From IMG/VR virus record IMGVR_UViG_2778261375_000003: a stretch of DNA of 64,000 bases. One strand, 5' to 3'. A model generated the notes under the pieces. It was not told where the DNA came from and searched no databases. It worked only from the letters and a program-made list of their open reading frames with translations. The translations under genes were made by a program, and so were the position numbers. The stretch's first letter is position 1. Each line of letters starts with the position of its first letter. Shown in pieces: positions 61,511 to 64,000 of the stretch. The stretch comes from a virus (Duplodnaviria > Heunggongvirae > Uroviricota > Caudoviricetes).

Positions 61511-63100
61511 TTACTTAATAAGCAGCGGTACGCCCTGGATACGACGGGCTACGCCAGTCGGGCAGCAGGCCCAGACTACTTCCCATTTATCGAATTCCGC
61601 CTGCGTAACTTTCAGCACATACGGTTCTGTACCGTCAGCATCGGGATCACGAGGAGCCACCAGAGCGCCGGAGGCGACAAAGCGATCTAAAAGTTTGGTC
61701 ATCCCTTTAGTCAGGCCAGCCGCAGTAATACCGTCCGGGCTATGCTTCATCTGTCGGGCTAACTGGACAAAGAAACGGCTGATTGCATTCATCAGGGATG
61801 GGACGTGCTGGAAGTGCAGATAGTTATCCTGCGTGCAGCAAGTTAAAGCATCGTCGATGATCATCTGGCCAGAGGTGCCAACAGATACTTTATTGAGACG
61901 GCCCTTGACCATTGCTTCTTCGTCCGGGGTATCTTCCGGATACAGCGGTTGAATTGACGCACGAGCAATGACGGCACGTTCTTCACCAGCCGGTGAGTAA
62001 TGCCAACCGCCGACATCAGAGTTTTTCTTGACGCCACGAGCTTTCGCCGCATACGCCGCGCCAGACAGACCGAAGACCACACGGGATTGGGTCCATTTGT
62101 CTTTGCAGGAGAACGGGTAGTGATAGACAGAACAGCTTACATAATCGGTACCAAGTAAACCGGTACCCTCAACAGCTGTTAGTGCTTCTGCGTACCTTAA
62201 TGTCGGTTTGACATCAAAGAAGCCATCAATCAGGCGATCTGCACAGATTTTACCTAATGCGGTGATAGCCGCATTGTCATAGCAGCCCAGGCCAAGAACA
62301 GCGGTGTACATGTACGGCGCATTGTTCAGCACTTTCACCGCACGCAGGTACGCAGCGGTTGAGATTTTCGACTGATCACCGTTGGTACCACCAGTGAACG
62401 CCAACGATTTTTTGTTTGTTACTTTCGCTGTAGAAATCAGATCTTCATTAACAACCGCGCGCAGATATTTAGAACGAGCTTCCAGAGCCGTAGGCAGATA
62501 ACACAAGCGGCCCATGTCATCTTTCGCTTCTTCCGCCAAAGACACAGTGTGTGTCTCCAGGGTCGTTACCACGCCGAGCGAAGTCGTCTGGGTCAGTTTT
62601 AAGAGGAAGCGTTCATTACCCGCGCTGTCCGCTGTTGCCGTTTCGATGGTTAACTCTCGGGTAGGTGAAATACACGGATCACCATCATCAACGTAGATAG
62701 CAAAGGCTTCGCCACTATCAAGTTCAATTTCAGAACCGTATGGCAACGCACTGTAAGCCGGTTCGCCTGATTCATCGAACATAATAATCGGGAACTTCGC
62801 ATCATCCGGAACAGCGCGAACAACATAACCAGATGTTTGCTGAATAGCTTCGTATACATGGCGAATTGGTTCGAACTGTGAGCCGGAAGACGGCTTCAGC
62901 GGTTCGCCGAGAACATCTTCGTAATTGGACTCAGTAACCGCAAGAACAGTAAACGGCTTGCCACGCGCAAATACGCCAATACCAGCCCACAAGCTGCTAT
63001 TTAATGCAACACCGGTAGATAACGTCGCATCGGCATTGATCGGGCTAACCGCGACGCCGGATGCATTACCTAATGACTGTTGAATTGAATATTGAGACAT
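61511..63100 (-). CDS. Large phage structural protein (possible tail sheath)
   Basis: 529 aa; N-terminal region loosely resembles recalled P2 FI-type sheath N-termini; weak assignment. Confidence 0.35.
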   Translation of the reverse strand: MSQYSIQQSLGNASGVAVSPINADATLSTGVALNSSLWAGIGVFARGKPFTVLAVTESNYEDVLGEPLKPSSGSQFEPIRHVYEAIQQTSGYVVRAVPDDAKFPIIMFDESGEPAYSALPYGSEIELDSGEAFAIYVDDGDPCISPTRELTIETATADSAGNERFLLKLTQTTSLGVVTTLETHTVSLAEEAKDDMGRLCYLPTALEARSKYLRAVVNEDLISTAKVTNKKSLAFTGGTNGDQSKISTAAYLRAVKVLNNAPYMYTAVLGLGCYDNAAITALGKICADRLIDGFFDVKPTLRYAEALTAVEGTGLLGTDYVSCSVYHYPFSCKDKWTQSRVVFGLSGAAYAAKARGVKKNSDVGGWHYSPAGEERAVIARASIQPLYPEDTPDEEAMVKGRLNKVSVGTSGQMIIDDALTCCTQDNYLHFQHVPSLMNAISRFFVQLARQMKHSPDGITAAGLTKGMTKLLDRFVASGALVAPRDPDADGTEPYVLKVTQAEFDKWEVVWACCPTGVARRIQGVPLLIK

Positions 63101-63160
63101 AACTTTCCCTGTTATGCGCCCCGCACGGGGGCGCTATGTTAAACGGAGAACTTCCCCTGA

Positions 63161-63928
63161 TTACTCAGAGTCACCGGCATCAATCGTGTCGCCGCTAATG
63201 AAGTTAAGCCCGCCTTTTTTGGCCATTGTCAGCGTTACACGAGTGAAGTAATCAGCGCCGTTGCGTGGGTGCATATCGTTGATAGCCGAACCCCACAGTG
63301 TGGTACGGTTGACCAGCGCCGGAGTGGTCGGATGCTGGAACGGGATAGCCGGGACAGCATCACCAGTCACGAAGCCTGCTTTACCCGGATTTTCATCACG
63401 GACGTAGCACAGCACATCCATCGAGCTGAACTGAATGTTCTCTGTCGTTAAGTTCTTACAAATACCAGCAGGTACTTCGTACACTTTCACGTTACCGAAC
63501 AGGGTACCGATGTAGTGAACATACGGAGTCTGGATATAGTCTTCGGCTGGCTGGAAGAAATCCTTCGGCAACTGTTTGAAGAAAGATGCTGCATCAGCAC
63601 CAGCAAACATCCCCATCGCACCAGAAGATTTAACGCGCTCAATAATGTCGCGATATACAGTCTGGAATTTGCCACGAATGATGGTTGCCCATACATCAAA
63701 GGACTGGTTAACCGGCAGAGCGATGTCAAAGGTGTCGGTCGCAAGAGTACGCCAGATCATGATGCGAAGACGCAGCATATCCTGTTCATGAGACAGGTAT
63801 TCCTTCAGGGTGCGGAACTGTAGGGAACCCAGGTCCAGACCAAATTCACGCTGTGCTTCATACGCCGCCTGTACCGTGTGCTCAGCCGCGATAACGAACT
63901 GGCTTGGGAACAGGGTGTATTTCTTCAT
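63161..63928 (-). CDS. Phage structural hypothetical protein, frame open to window edge
   Basis: ORF from Met at 63928; same frame stays open up to base 64000 with no stop, so the protein may start beyond the window. Confidence 0.35.
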   Translation of the reverse strand: MKKYTLFPSQFVIAAEHTVQAAYEAQREFGLDLGSLQFRTLKEYLSHEQDMLRLRIMIWRTLATDTFDIALPVNQSFDVWATIIRGKFQTVYRDIIERVKSSGAMGMFAGADAASFFKQLPKDFFQPAEDYIQTPYVHYIGTLFGNVKVYEVPAGICKNLTTENIQFSSMDVLCYVRDENPGKAGFVTGDAVPAIPFQHPTTPALVNRTTLWGSAINDMHPRNGADYFTRVTLTMAKKGGLNFISGDTIDAGDSE

Positions 63929-64000
63929 TTCGTGGTTGATCAGCGGGATCAGCTCAGGAGCGGCTTCAATATTGATTTCCGTCTCAATTGCGATCTCAGT

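Overview
The window is almost entirely prophage DNA in an E. coli-like enterobacterial chromosome. All calls rest on reading the sequence and on remembered protein families; no database search or HMM was run. Layout: (1) 1-730, host yebY, a bidirectional terminator and an SdsR/RyeB-like sRNA that abuts a lambda-type integrase, i.e. the left prophage junction at a known sRNA insertion hotspot. (2) 0.7-41.4 kb, one complete-looking mosaic prophage read left to right: int-xis, a Rac-type block (lar, recT, recE, racC, ydaE, kilR), a RacR/YdaS/YdaT immunity switch, ydaU/ydaV replication genes with palindromic repeats, a nin-like region carrying a hok toxin, a Q21-type antiterminator with pR'/tR', cargo genes, a lambda-type S-R-Rz/Rz1 lysis cassette, terminase, and Mu/SfV-like head and contractile-tail genes. 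(3) 41.4-52.8 kb, a second tail/baseplate module on the minus strand whose tfa gene overlaps the 3' end of the first module's tfa. (4) 52.9-59.5 kb, an accessory island: lipoprotein plus coiled-coil pair, Icd-like gene, two paralogous antirepressors, a wHTH protein, and a DUF3800 two-gene cassette. (5) 59.5-64 kb, further minus-strand structural genes running off the window. The strongest candidates for an undescribed system are two self-contained two-gene cassettes: one inside the baseplate block (35850-37009, second protein HEPN-like) and the AT-rich DUF3800 cassette (57834-59002). Secondary candidates are the Q-to-holin cargo genes and the lipoprotein/coiled-coil pair.
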